Positions 62,826 through 64,000 of a DNA stretch of 64,000 nt are shown one piece after another. Made by a program: the position numbers and the translations under genes. The notes beneath the pieces are model-generated. The model worked only from the letters and a program-made list of their open reading frames with translations. It searched no databases and was not told the DNA's origin. Numbering within the stretch: the first letter of the stretch is position 1; every line of letters begins with the position of its first letter. The stretch is from Mustelus asterias (lineage: Eukaryota): NCBI RefSeq assembly GCF_964213995.1, contig NC_135808.1, positions 23,622,001-23,686,000 on the forward strand, in the 5' to 3' direction.

Positions 62826-64000
62826 ATGTCAAGAACAGAAGGTTGGTTAGGGCAAGTTTAGGGCCAGTTATAGACGGCAGAGGGAAGTTATGTGTGGAAC
62901 CGGAGGAGATTGGTGAAGCATTGAACCAATATTTCTCTTCGGTGTTCACGCAAGGGGACATGAATATAGCTGAGGAGGACACTGGGTTGCAGGGGAGTAG
63001 AATAGACAGTATTACAGTTGATAAGGAGGATGTGCAGGATATTCTGGAGGGTCTGAAAATAGATAAATCCCCTGGTCCGGATGGGATTTATCCAAGGATT
63101 CTCTGGGAGGCAAGAGAAGTGATTGCAGAGCCTCTGGCTCTGATCTTCAGGTCGTCGTTGGCCTCTGGTATAGTACCAGAAGATTGGAGGTTAGCGAATG
63201 TTGTCCCATTGTTTAAGAAGGGGAACAGAGACTTCCCCGGGAATTATAGACCGGTGAGTCTCACTTCTGTTGTCGGCAAGATGTTGGAAAAAATTATAAG
63301 GGATAGGATTTATAGTTATTTGGAGAGTAATGAATTGATAGGTGATAGTCAGCATGGTTTTGTGGCAGGTAGGTCGTGCCTTACTAACCTTATTGAGTTT
63401 TTTGAGAAAGTGACCAAGGAGGTGGATGGGGGCAAGGCAGTGGACGTGGTATATATGGATTTTAGTAAGGCGTTTGATAAGGTTCACCATGGTAGGCTTC
63501 TGCAGAAAATGCAGATGTATGGGATTGGGGGTGATCTAGGAAATTGGATCAGGAATTGGCTAGCGGATAGGAAACAGAGGGTGGTGGTTGATAGTAAATA
63601 TTCATCATGGAGTGCGGTTACAAGTGGTGTACCTCAGGGATCTGTTTTGGGGCCACTGCTGTTTGTAATATTTATTAATGATCTGGATGAGGGTATAGTT
63701 GGGTGGATTAGCAAATTTGCTGATGACACCAAAGTCGGTGGTGTGGTAGACAGTGAGGAAGGGTGTCGTAGTTTGCAGGAAGACTTAGACAGGTTGCAAA
63801 GTTGGGCCGAGAGGTGGCGGATGGAGTTTAATGCGGAGAAGTGTGAGGTAATTCACTTTGGTCGGAATAACAGATGTGTTGAGTATAGGGCTAACGGGAG
63901 GACTTTGAATAGTGTGGAGGAGCAGAGGGATCTAGGTGTATGTGTGCATAGATCCCTGAAAGTTGGGAATCAAGTAGATAAGGTTGTTAAGAAGGCATAT
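62826..64000 (+). mobile_element. CR1 LINE ORF2 (RT), running off the window
   Basis: KSPGPDGIYPR, NYRPVSLTS, GVPQGSVLGPLLF, KFADDTK. Confidence 0.92.

Overview
Vertebrate, repeat-rich window from a cartilaginous fish, most likely a shark (HE1-type tRNA SINEs, many CR1/HER1 LINEs, Neptune-type Penelope elements, shark-style GPR139-like GPCRs). The host content is a decaying tandem cluster of MHC class I genes on the minus strand. One copy is a complete 7-exon pseudogene (leader 45588-45636 to stop at 24634-24636) with a recognisable S-X-Y promoter module; a second keeps only promoter and leader (15873-15915); a third is an older leader relic (~52300-52400). Two GPR139-like pseudogenes lie at the left end. 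The 17-kb MHC intron 4 holds a deeply nested stack of Gypsy, CR1 and SINE insertions plus a Penelope element. At the right end is a deleted class I (gamma/epsilon-like) endogenous retrovirus (56398-61309) with paired LTRs, a tRNA-Leu PBS, integrase and an env whose TM subunit has a filovirus GP2/alpharetrovirus-type internal fusion loop. Other highlights are minimal hammerhead ribozymes in the Penelope termini, one inserted between the S and X boxes of the MHC promoter, and minisatellites built from the MHC gene's own splice signals. All alignments were done by eye; family names rest on recalled motifs, not database searches.
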